DNA from: Lingula anatina
Lineage: Eukaryota > Animalia > Brachiopoda
Direction: 5' to 3'
Assembly: GCA_051362555.1 (NCBI GenBank)
Contig: CM120647.1
Location: 1,922,001 to 1,986,000, forward strand
Length of the DNA: 64,000 nt
In this document: piece after piece, positions 25,732 to 37,884 of the stretch
How the letters are laid out: each line of letters begins with the position of its first letter
Position numbering within the stretch: the stretch's first letter is position 1
Notes under the pieces: generated by a model
Database searches by the model: none
Seen by the model: only the letters and a program-made list of their open reading frames with translations
Told to the model about the DNA's origin: nothing
Translations under genes and position numbers: made by a program

Positions 25732-28700
25732 ATCAGGACAAGTGCTCTTAGCTGGTGCACTGCACGTTGGTCGATACTTGCACGTCCCTCCACAGAAAGC
25801 ACAGCCAAATTTTGTATCCACACCACCAATACATGTGCCACATGTGGCCCCCATGACGTCACATTTGTACAGGGTGGCTGAAAAATATTGAAAATATTAC
25901 CAAATAATTAATACATGTTCAACATGAATACATGAATGCGTATCCATAATGTGTGTAAGTGTTACAAATAGTAGTTCATATGCATGCAGTATGTTTCCAT
26001 TTTAGGAGATCTCTTATTATTGAGGAGATTTGGGCGTTATTCTGTTTTTTACCAAAATGGAATAATAATAATAATTTTTATTAGACGATCGGTTGAATGA
26101 AACAATTACTATATTTTGTGCGCTTATGAAGAAGGCATTTTATCCCATGATAAAAATGAGATCATTCCTTTTGTAACTCGTGCGTAAAAATATGCGCCTC
26201 ACAGGGAAAAAGACGGGAACGTATACATATACAGCGCATGTAAAAATAGCAATACACTTACCGCTCACTTGAGAGCCGATGGGTTGGTCTATCACATGGT
26301 TATTATTCCAGATTACTTGGATTTCATGTCTCTCCTGGCCTGTGATGGCTGTATACACATACTGAGATATGAGAAGAACAAGCAGCCAATTATAATTGTA
26401 TCAATATAGATCTAAATATATAAGGCATTCCTGAAGTTGCAAAACTTCTACATAGAATGCATAAGTTGGGGTTTGGATACGGTCACTTGCCTTACAAAAT
26501 CAGTATTTTGAGGGCACAAATATTCGATCTGAAATGCTATCAGCTACTGTAAAATAGCGTGACATTTAAAAGATTATATATCATATATACAGTACGAGTA
26601 TATGCTTTGCATCATATCTACTCACAGCGTGGCTCTGGCAGTCTATGGCACTATCATTCTGTCTGATAGCTGGGACTGTGTTAGTGCCTATCTTACACTG
26701 ATAATCACCTTGGCCAGCCTGGAATATCATTAAGGTTAGGTTGAGAATAACCCAAATGATTGCAGAGTACAGCTAAATGTGGGGCTTCATTCATATATTC
26801 CTAATCAAATTTTGTTTTGAGTTCGAAGGTCTCATTTATGTCAGCCTTGTCATAGACACTGACTTGGAACTGAACTCTTGCTTTATGGTAAGAATGAAAA
26901 ATCACAGTTTACCTTCCCATAATTCTTAGGTACAGTATGTATATCGCCAATTTGAATTAAAACATAAGTAGGAAGAGCGTATAACTACAAGTACAAACTG
27001 CTAACAACAACGTGTTTTACAACCACATTTAAGTGAATCTTTACCTGTGGCACAGGTAGGTTCTTCCCACTCAGTGAGATCACCTTGGTGACCCCAGCAG
27101 GTAACAGGACGTCCTGTGCACGTGGCAGAAGCTGGGGACACAGGGTGGGGCCTTTAATACTAACAGTGTCATGGCTCTGAAATGACGGAAACAAGACGGT
27201 GCGATTACTAATTAATAAAATATGTTTCTGTTCTTGAACACCGAAATTAAAGACCGTGCATAAATAAAAGGATATTTATTTCTCATTTCAATGGTGTTTC
27301 GCATTTAAGCAAGCATCAGAAACAGGAGTTTTTTTTTCTTTGTCCGTTGACACGTTTAAGAGAACCAGTACAAAACACATTCACTTGAAACTACATATTT
27401 CTGCATGTGTGGCCAGTATTATGTGGCTTTAGATATATTTTTAAGAAATAAAGTATACACGGAGTAATTAGCAAAGAATTGAACGTACATTCTGTCCTGG
27501 TATCACCCCTCCACTAGGACTACAAGTACTGCTGGCGTGGGTGCACTTGTTAGCATATATACTCCAGTCACAGGCCCAACAACTGCTGGTACAAGAGACA
27601 CATCTAACAATAAGAACTACAGGCTTAGCCACATGTCCTCACCGTATGTATGTATATGTAAAATGTGTAATTGTACCCGTATGCGTGGTGTTGTCTTCTG
27701 TCACCATTCCACAACGACTAAGAATTCCACGAACGGCCACGAATTGATAAATCACAGGTTTCTTGGATAAATCTGGATATAATTTTTAAGTTCGTAACTG
27801 TTTCTTATTTCATGTCAATCAGTTCTTGCAAGTATGAGACGGTGAAATCGGCACTTAAGTTTCAAATCAGTCTTCTTTTTATCTCAGGTTGTTTTCATAT
27901 CCCTTTTCTAGGGCCAATACTATAGCTGCCCTGTGTTGAACATCCATTTTGAAGTAAAACCCAAGTAGGGACAGTTCCATTTATACTAAAAATGTGCAAA
28001 ATCCCGCGATTTCTAAAATCCGTGGAATTCATAGTCAGTGTGGAATAGGGACATTTCAGGACACACACAATCATTTGAAATACTAAGGTGCCACGTTTAT
28101 TATCCGTCTGTTTGCACATGTACAAGTTATTTTAGTTATATAGTTAGTTAAATAGTTGTATTAGTGCGGATGCTTTTTAATTAATGTCTATCAAAATTAA
28201 ATTGTGTCCTTTAAGAATAATCTTGATTAGGTAGAGATGAAGATATATATCATATATTGGAAATAATCAGTTAATGTTCACACTTCGAATTGCTTTGGTT
28301 ACACAATGCAGCAAGTAACGTCTAAGCAATGAATTTGCATTTTTTTAAAAATTGTTTCGTGAACTTAGGGACTTCGTAGTCATTCCAATAAGCTAGAGAG
28401 ATAATGTGTAACAATACAATACCCTGAGTGTGCGCCACAGTCAAAATATGTGAAGTTGGTCGTCAGAAACTTGACTCCTGTTGTTACTGATTTGATAGAT
28501 AAGGGTATTGTTACGTGATCTGAAACGATTGTCATTCTTACTTTAGCACGCTATTCAATATACATGCCTTTAATTAGAAATATATAGATTCTTAAAGAGC
28601 AAACGTGATCCATTGTTGCGGTAATAGGCAAACCCCTGTTTCGAAAAAATAATTGAACTTCTAGTAGAATTATTGTTGCTATTATATTTCTCATTCCACA

Positions 28701-31700
28701 ACTTTTGGGCGGTACATTAATAACATAAAAATTATTCTAAGAAAGGCACAAGGTACATTAAATATTCTTTCCTAAAATACACGTTCAAAAACTGAATGAA
28801 AATTAAAATGTAAAAGCTGTACGGAAGTGAGCGTGTTTTGGAGATACACTTATGTTACAGGTATATTTGCGAGCATTGCTAATAGTCGGATTATGTATTT
28901 ATGGATAAGAGTGAGGTATATTTTTAGATGTACAAGAAGGACCACACCCCTTACCGTCCCCAGTTGGTATAGTAGGTAAGCTGGTTGGTGTGTCACATGT
29001 CACCAAGTTCCCCCCAATGACTGTGGTACTGACAGCTATGGTATCAAATACACACTGGTAGGTCTGGCCTGAGGGTAGCAGGCTTACTGAGAGGTTCAAC
29101 TACAAACACGAATGAAACAGTGATTCTTTGCTTCGATGGTTACTTATACTTTAACTTCAATAAGTATATCAAGCTAATGTGATAATAATAGTACTTCATC
29201 CATGGAAATCTCGATGCATATTTTCGTGTTTTGCGGTGCATAGTGATCACGTGACCGGTTATTGCACTGCTTGCATGGGACCGTCAGTCTTTAACAAGTT
29301 GATACGCAGACTTACAGATCCGCGGATCAAATTTGGTTAACCCACTTAAAGGTCCTTCAATGGACTCCCCGCCTCCCACATGCGATATCCATGCAGGGGC
29401 CTAGCAATTGAACCTTGGGCCGAGATTTAACCCATTTATTTGCTAGGCCCCTGCGGGCCCGACGCGTGTGGTAGGCGTGGAGACCATTAGAGAATTATAC
29501 TTAATCGTTTTCAAGCGGGGTAAGCCATATTTGATCCCCGGAGCAGTAAGTTTGCGGATCAAGTATTCTGAATACAGAGGCGAGCTAGGGGGTCTGCGCC
29601 ATTCACCTTACTGCGCATGAGCATAGATATATGGTAAAACAGTGAAGTCCATTGGCACAAGCTGTTCTACGAGCGTATTTCTGGACTCAATACAAGCGAG
29701 TCCACCATACGATATCACGATTATTGGTTACTTTGCCAAATGAAACAAAAGTTGGTTGTGCAATATATGCACGCACATATCAATTCTTTGTACCTGTGTG
29801 GGTCTGGCTAGAGGTGTGTTTGGTGGTGAAATGGTATTGATCTTGGCACACTGTCCATTATCAAACGGAAGCCATCTTCCTGAGCCATCTGCATTCGAGC
29901 ATTGACTTTCTCTGCTGCATCTAAAAAAATAAACACATGAAGCAGATGGTTCCTTGCATTAAAAGACGGTTTTTCATTCCACCTTAAATAACATAGCATC
30001 ATGTTGGATAACAAAAACGGATGAAGGAAAAAGATCTTTGTGGAAGTTATGCGTGCGTTACCAGTATATTCAAAACTGTCTGTGTCAGTTCATGCAAGTC
30101 ACTATCCGCGTAGAAAAATATGCTTATTATATTATTTCTTCGCAAAATTCTACTAAACATACTTAAAATATAAATACAGATTCGAAAAAAAACGTATCAA
30201 GTAGGCCGAACGCCTAGACAACATATCTGAATATGAACACGCTGCGTTCTACATTGTTTCTCTAACTTCTACAAAAACAGCGGGTTTAACCATCAAGTAT
30301 GCAAAGCAAATCGTTCAAATGTTTACACACAATATTCTATTCTTAGACTGCATTCTTATTACCTTACAGTACTAGCAGGATCGATGTATCTCAGCGGGGA
30401 TTCTGGCTAAGGCGCTGTCAGTGCATGTGATCGGCTTAATTGTCTAGCACGCTCCTCGCAAAGCATATAAGCCGTTTAAACTGAATGCAATTTAGCGACA
30501 ATTTTAAATAAAATTTTAAAACGCAGCAAGTAGCTATTAAATAATACATTTTAATATGAACACATTGAATGTTTAATTGGTTCTCGAACTTCTAAAAAAC
30601 AGCGGGTTTTAGCCATCAGGTATGCAAAGCAAATCGTTCAAATGCGAACACACAATATTCTTACTTGTTCTCCAGACTACACCACCCACAGAACGGGTCT
30701 CTGGATGCCAGACAATTATTACAATATTCTTACTTGTTCTCCAGATTACACCACCCACAGAACGGATCTCTTGATGCCAGACAACCATCACAACTACTGT
30801 AACTACCGCAGTCTGCTACCTTCAGTTTACTGACCTGGAAAAAGTTTGATATATACTTACATATTTGACTCATTTTATAATCTAAATCGAAAGTCCTGCT
30901 TTCATTACATCCAGTTCTTGGGCAAAAAAATGAATGGATATCCCAAATACATGAAACATTTGGGCCACGCCCATCTTAGATCAAATTACGCGCATAATAA
31001 ATCCAATAAAAATACAAATCTTAAAGACCAAGTATGACTTTTACCTATTTAAAAAGAGCCATTTTAAGATTTTAAAAATGTACTTTGGTTTATGTCCCCA
31101 TATAACTACATATTCGTGTTTATTCTACTTTTTCTAGCCCCTTAAGTGCCAGCTCTAGAGAACTCACCTTGTATTTGGTCATAACATACACGTACTCTTC
31201 TGTGGTATCTAACTGTATATCTTTTACCTTATCGTTTGACACTTGTACTGATGCATATTCCACAGCAGTTGTATTAGACTGGATTAATATCTGAAGACAT
31301 TAACGGTTAGAAAGTTCACGAAAGGTTTGTTGGGGCATATGTAAAACAGATATTTTAAAAAACAAGTTTGAACAAAATGTGCAAAAAATGCTTTAGCTAG
31401 AATACATTAAAAATCATTTCCCTATTAAATACACGGAATTTGATGCCCTAACAAAAACGAGTACTTCGTCTAACTAAATATAAAACCCTTATTCATAATC
31501 AAGTACGCTTTCAGTTTAAAAAATTAGTAGGTAGGTTTTATCATACGTTTTTAAACCGTGGAAGTTAATTTCCATAATTAAACAAAAGAAAAATTCGGCT
31601 GTGTACTGTTCGCGTATTAAAATACAAGAAAACCAACAACTCAATTGTGCCGTACCTTTTTTAGTTGCCCGTCAGCATTTCCTACAAAAGCCACAGTGTA

Positions 31701-33781
31701 GCTGGTGGTGGTTGTTGTGGCTACTACTGTCCATGTGGACGACGTGGCTGTCAGAGCAGGGGTTGATGTTACCGGGGTGGTTGACACTAGGGGAGCGTTA
31801 GCACCGCCATACCAGTAGTCATGGTTACAGTAGCTTGACCCGTAGTTGAATGACTGGGGATGTAAAAGTAGTACCCAGTAAATGTAAAATGCATGACGAA
31901 CGGCAAAAATATCATGTTTATTGACACCCCCCTAAAACAGAATCCACGCACAAACGAAAGGCACCATTTAAAGCAATAATAACTCTTCCTTTAAGATTCA
32001 AATTTCCGCAAGAAATACATTGTAAACAACGCATGGAAATATATTATATTGCATTTTACCACTTAAACGGCTGTTACTGTTATAAAACTAAAATCAATAG
32101 GGCTTTTGATTCCTTTCTTCCCGGTCGTTAATACATCCGTTGCCAATGACGTTGGGGTGTCAAGCGGATTCTCGTGTTCATTCGAGACCAAAATAATATA
32201 TATGGCGCCATAAGCAGACACATGATGCAATCTGCAGACGTAAGTTACAAGTTTTTGTACAGTGCGTCGGATAACGAAAAGCCCTGAATTGCACACATTG
32301 TAGATATAAATGCATTTTTAGAATAAAGACGAATATATCTTATGAATCTTATATTATTGTTATATAGTGTTGTTGTTGTCTGCTTTTCCCGCGGTTTTAA
32401 GTAGGTCACCAGAAAATATCGCTCAGAGAGGGCTCCGTCAGTTAAAATCTCTTAAGATGTATTATGACTCTTAAGAGATTTTAACAAAAAAACGAACGTT
32501 TAGGGGAAAAAAACCTGGACTAACTTTGAATGCAGGAATGGGGTCGTTGACCATTGGTTAGTACGGGAAAATTGCCGTTTAATCCAGGAATATCTCATTT
32601 TTTGCCAAAACGAAGAGTTATTATGACTTTAAGATTAAGAGCACAGCTGTGGTTGAAATAAATAAAAGTAAACTTACGCTAAAATAAGCACATCTTCGTG
32701 AACCTCCTGGAAAATGTTCAGCCTCAGTATTTCCATGTCCACTGTAACACTGCTCGTATTTCTCTTTTATTATATTGTTTATACCCTCCATTGCAAAGAC
32801 ACACAAAGCCGTGCTAGATCCTTTTACAAAAGTTCCCACTAGTACACTATCATTTCCCAGTTTTGTTACCGATACTGATTTTGCAAGATTGAACGACACG
32901 CTCGGATTGGCCCCTGCGCAACGCAAGGGCATCTCGAAATATGAATAATAGTTTGCATCACTCTGGCAGATTCGAACTAATCTGGATTCATACTCTGTGC
33001 TTGTAAGTGTTGTCCTTTGGTTCGTGATGAAATAACTATAACCATCCAAAGAGAACCCACAAACGTAATTTACTGGATAAGTACTTCGAGCAGTTTCAGA
33101 GAGGGTTATGTACGTTCCCGTACCGGACACTGCGTTGTAGTTAGTTAATTCCAGTGTCTGTAGAGATCTTGTACTAACAGCTGCCACCTGTTCCCGAAGT
33201 CTGCCACTCTCCCCCTGTCCCGTGTACGTAGAAGCCACATATAGAACGTCTTCCTGGGACCTGTGGTACCAGTTCTTAGGCCCCGGTGCTATAAAAGCAA
33301 CAGTGGAAGCATCGGGAGAATTGGTGGCAACGTAATTTTCCCTAGGGTCAGAGCCACGGTGTGGAGTTACCTGTGATATATCAGTGACTGGTCGAGACTC
33401 ACAAGTACCTTGATATACACTACCACAAGATATCAGTTTACCCCCAGACTGGTCTACTACTAGGATTTTGTTGTAGTTGTCTGTGAGTGTTTCTTGTGAG
33501 CAGGAAGAAGGAGGTGGACTACAGTAAGGACTATCCGTGACTGGTCCAGTGGTTGCGTTCTGTAACAGTTGCAAGTCACCATCCAGTCGGTACAGAGTAT
33601 TAACAGCTCCAACATATACAGTACCAGTTTCGTTGTCAAACGCCATGTTGTTAAACTCTACCGTTGTCTGCCCACTTGGATAAGAACTGACAATTGTGGA
33701 GGTGGATGCTTTACCGGTCAGATTGAATACTAGAGCGGAGAGGAATAGCAACGTCACAAACTTCGTTCCTGTTCGCTGCAT
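25675..33781 (-). CDS. Plexin copy 2: predicted secreted truncated ectodomain (about 845 aa)
   Basis: Exons 33781-32678, 31853-31656, 31290-31168, 30834-30734, 29920-29794, 29099-28955, 28519-28423, 27603-27489, 27176-27045, 26718-26626, 26361-26262, 25877-25675; sum 2538 nt, phases match; ends STCPD-RLFHNQGEQLNVVNVTSV-TGA TAA. Confidence 0.8.
29299..29562. mobile_element. MITE with about 50-bp imperfect TIRs (paralog about 57882-58165)
   Basis: ttgatacgcagacttacagatccgcggatcaaat ... atttgatccccggagcagtaagtttgcggatcaa. Confidence 0.65.
31972..32628. mobile_element. Kolobok-like non-autonomous element
   Basis: TTAA-agcaataataactcttc ... gaagagttattatgact-TTAA; absent from the paralogous intron at about 60947. 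Confidence 0.75.
32678..33781 (-). CDS. Plexin copy 2 Sema exon
   Basis: 368 codons, paralogous to copy 1 with a 6-codon in-frame insertion (GPKNWYHRSQED vs GPNSQD). Confidence 0.92.
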
Positions 33782-35558
33782 TCTCTGGAAACGGTTTTTA
33801 AGAGTACAGGGATATATGTGAAATAACTTACATGTACTATGACACACGGACACAGAGGGTGATGTAATGCCTCCTCCAAAAAAATGTACACATAGTGTAA
33901 TTTATACAGGACAATAGTCTTTATGTAGTTGGGTATAACGTCTTTGTTAAACCCTCTACTTACGGGTTTCGAGGACTTTTTACTGTCCTCAAAAGCAGCA
34001 GAAGCCGGACGCAAGCTATGAGGACTGTTCATGATATGGGGAAAATGGAGTGGCATTTTTAAGTAACCAAACACTTCAAAGATAACTAACAAGTATTTTT
34101 TTTGTTTTGTTTTGTTTGTTTGATCATGACACAAGACATTCTACAAACACATATATCTTGAAACTTACCTGAGGGACTTGAAGGCTACCAGTACGTTTAT
34201 ATATGGATCTGCAAGCAATATGCCTCCGTCTGCTATAACTCAAAGATCACTTCCTGGTTGTTGGACTTGACTGCGTTGTAACTTGCAGTTGCTATTTTTA
34301 CAGGGTCTACTATACAACGTGCGGCATCAATTATACGTGTATAAACGTGTATAAAGAGATTGTGATCTGTGTGCGTACTTAACATTAAGACGCGATATGA
34401 TACGAATGTTCGGCATCCCATAAACACTGATACGACTGTGATTTTTTGGTATCATTGATAAGATTTTGGCTAGATATGTCTATTTTACCAACTTTTTCAT
34501 TTGAACTATTTTCTTGGTTTTTAATGCTGACATCTTTAACAGATGTAACCACAATGGTTTATTGAACTTACTGTAGGCTTACTTCCGCCACGTTCCGATG
34601 AAATCAGGTCTATCACTATGAGAAACTTAGTCCTTACTGTTGTGATTTTTAATTTTATTTGAAAATAGGCATTATCACTTTTACATTGTCGTAACGTGGT
34701 AGTATTATCTCATACACTGGTACATACACTGATATGACAATGTTCATTCTGCATTGTTTAACAGAAAAAATGCTAATGGCACCCCCCCCCAACTTACACA
34801 CTTAAAACCCAAAAACCAGTCTAGATCTTATAACTTTCGCAGCGGGGTAATGATCAGCGAGACAGGCATGAACAATATTCTGTTTATTGTCGCTTTCTGC
34901 TTAACAAGTTTAATTCGTCCACTTATTTTGACATTGGTGAATAAAGTACACACACTGGATGATAGTAGTTTATTTTTCATCGCACATTATACATATTCTT
35001 CAGCTCATTACCAGGTTAAAAGAGGCCAGAATAAATAAAACCAGGTCAACTGGAGTGGGACGTGTCTGGAGATGGAGATGTTGGTAGTGGTCATTACTGG
35101 TAATGTAGCTAAGGATATCAACATGAAATGCGGCATGTCAAGTTATCCGCACCAGTCCGAGGTAGATAATTAAGTCACTATGGGTCTTTCTAGCTGATTT
35201 GATCTCTGAGCTGAATTCCTAATTTATCCATTGTATTACTTTTACCCTGTATATTATCAAACTTGCTACAAAAGGGAAATGATTTCAGATTTTTATAATT
35301 GGCTAAATAAATGTTTATCTTATTTTAACCATTATAACCAAATAGAGGGCGGGGTTTCTGTCTCACCTAGGATAGAAGATATATATTTGGGTCGTAGGTT
35401 ACACTGACCCTCAGTTTCGTTACACTGGGACATATCAGTGTACTGAAAAAGGTTGCACGTTTCGGTGCCGTCGTTCTCTTTTTTTTTTTTTTTTTCAACA
35501 GGCATCTATCAATCAATCAAAGGTTTTTTTTTCTTTCTTTTTTTTTTTTAACATACTA

Positions 35559-37130
35559 CAGGGTTACTACTTAATATGGAATATTATTTTTTGGCGAGTA
35601 AATTTTCTACAAAATATTTATTTTCTCTCTAACTACTTTAAATCCAAAACTGAGGTGTCACTCCATGTGTAGCCAGGTGTGTCACCTAATTACCATACAA
35701 CTGTCGAAACAGTTGATGCATGCAGTTGCATGTTCTGTGGTCAGAAATGTGAGGGGTGGTCTTTTCGGCAATTTCTGCCCTTGTATAAAAACGCATGGGT
35801 TGGCCAATCTTTGGAGTGTATTTAGAGAAGCAACAAAGATATCGCTCTGAAACTTGACAGGTACCTTGAAGAAGATATGGTTCAACAGCTTAGCAACGCA
35901 GCTTACTATGGGATTCTTGCTCTCGGAGAAAATGGCCAGAAACCGACAGCCATTGCCAGGCAATGCAACATTTATCAGGAACCGTTAGTAAAGTCCTCCA
36001 AAGAAAAGCTACAAAAGGGGCACCTAATACAATACTTCGACCAGGGTGTCCGCGTATCACACCAAGAAGACAGGATCGCCTTCTCCTCAGAGTGCGCCGT
36101 GCTGGTCGTACAAAGACAACCAGTGTTCTCAGAAAAGAGTGGCAGAAGGTCATTCAAACGCTCATTTCAAGATCCCTCGTGAGCAAGAGATCACTGCAAG
36201 CCGGTTATTTTGCACGAAGGCCAGTAGGGAAACCACTGTTAGCAGAAGGTCATATACAGCGACGTCTGCAATAGGCTGGGGACCACGTGCCTTTGCAGCC
36301 AAAACATTGGAATCACGTCGTTTTCAGTAATGAGGCCAGATATGGAGTTTTTAGGGTTGGTGGTCGAATCCGTGTCCGCCGACGTGTACGAGAGGCATAA
36401 AACGATGATTGTGTACTGGCTAGGGTGCAAGCAGGGGGTGTTAACGTCTCTGTTTGAAGAGCATTTTATGCCGGTGCCAAGAACCAGTTGGTTTTTCTAG
36501 GAGGCAACCTCAACCAGGGTTCCTACAGAGACATTCTACAGAAAACAATGCTTTGATTTGTAAGAATCATCTTCAGGAACAACTTTGTGTACCAAGACGA
36601 CTGCGCAACCCCACATCGAGCTCGCAGAATCACTGTTTTTCTTCGAAACCAATGGGTTCAGCAACTGCCCTGGCCTGCAAACTCCTCAGATATGAACCCA
36701 ATTGAAAGTCTGTGGGCGGAAGTAACTCACGGAATTAATAGCTATGGTCATCGGCCGGTAAATAGTGATGAACTGTGACAGGCAAATATCACTGCGTGGA
36801 ATGATATCCCCATCCAAACTCTAAAAAACTTTTCACAGGGTATGCCATGTAGGATGAGGGCGCTGCAAGCGGCTGCTGGAGGTCATACCTGCTATTGATG
36901 ACTTTTCATGATTTACTGTAATGAGTTCTTTGACTGTGTAACATATCACTGTCGGGAGGCTATCATTTTCTTTAATATCTTAGCTTAAAATTAATACTGA
37001 CATCAAACTGTTGATATGATTTTTTAGGGGTGTTCTTTTCTTTTGAATGACATCTTATGTCAGATTTGATATTATTGACCAAAATATCTAACAATAGAAG
37101 ACTGGATATTTTTATCACTCAATGGCATAC
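35559..37130 (+). mobile_element. Tc1-like transposon, degenerate, right TIR missing
   Basis: TA-cagggttactacttaatatggaatatt terminus; remnants RPGCPRITPRRQDR, RRPVGKPLL, HWNHVVFSNE, YQDDCATPHRAR, WPANSSDMNPIESLW. Confidence 0.85.
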
Positions 37131-37312
37131 GGAGAGTTAATGGGCATACTTAAGACGACCGTTTTTTGTCTCGGTGCAACGGGTGTAAGCAGGGAGAGTA
37201 AACGGACGCCAGGTGTTGCGGTTTACGACAGTCGTAAATTGACTCCCCTTTGGTGCAACCGAGCCCTGGAATTTTATTGATTGGTCTATAGTACAAAATT
37301 AGTAAAACAGAC

Positions 37313-37319
37313 CGTCCCT

Positions 37320-37380
<61 letters not shown>

Positions 37381-37386
37381 AGAGAC
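37313..37386 (-). tRNA. tRNA-Asn: tRNA-Asn (GTT)
   Basis: Identical 74-nt sequence with downstream T run. Confidence 0.97.
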
Positions 37387-37833
37387 CGATATACCAGTCT
37401 AAAAGGTGTTATTTCTCACCTGGCGGCTCTCATGACGACAGGTAAATTGAGATCTTATCTCACCGTCGCTTAAGCCTTTATGTATGAGGCCTCTGTCCTG
37501 TTGATAACGCATGATAAACTGTCCTGTGCAGGATTTTCTACCTGCCTGTTTAATGAATTACACTTTTTTGCAAGATTCTTTAGTAAACTGTTTCCAACAC
37601 AAACATTTGCTCCACATCACACTAGTAATATTTTGGTTGTTTTAATTGAAAAATGTGTTATTGTAAAGCTATTTTTTATTATATAAATGGACACTCGGAA
37701 AGTGCACACAGGTATACATGTACTCTAGTTTGGGCAAAGATAGGAGTAAAATTCTGACTGGAATACTGAAATGTCATTTTAAGAAATCAAGAGAAAAAAA
37801 AACGCTTAAAAAATAAGAACTTTATCAAAATAT

Positions 37834-37884
37834 GGGTGGGCTTGAACCACCAACCTTTTGGTTAACAGCCGAACGCGCTACCCG
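37834..37884 (-). pseudogene. Partial degenerate tRNA-Asn copy
   Basis: Anticodon and T arms retained, acceptor stem lost; paralog of 23624-23674. Confidence 0.8.
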
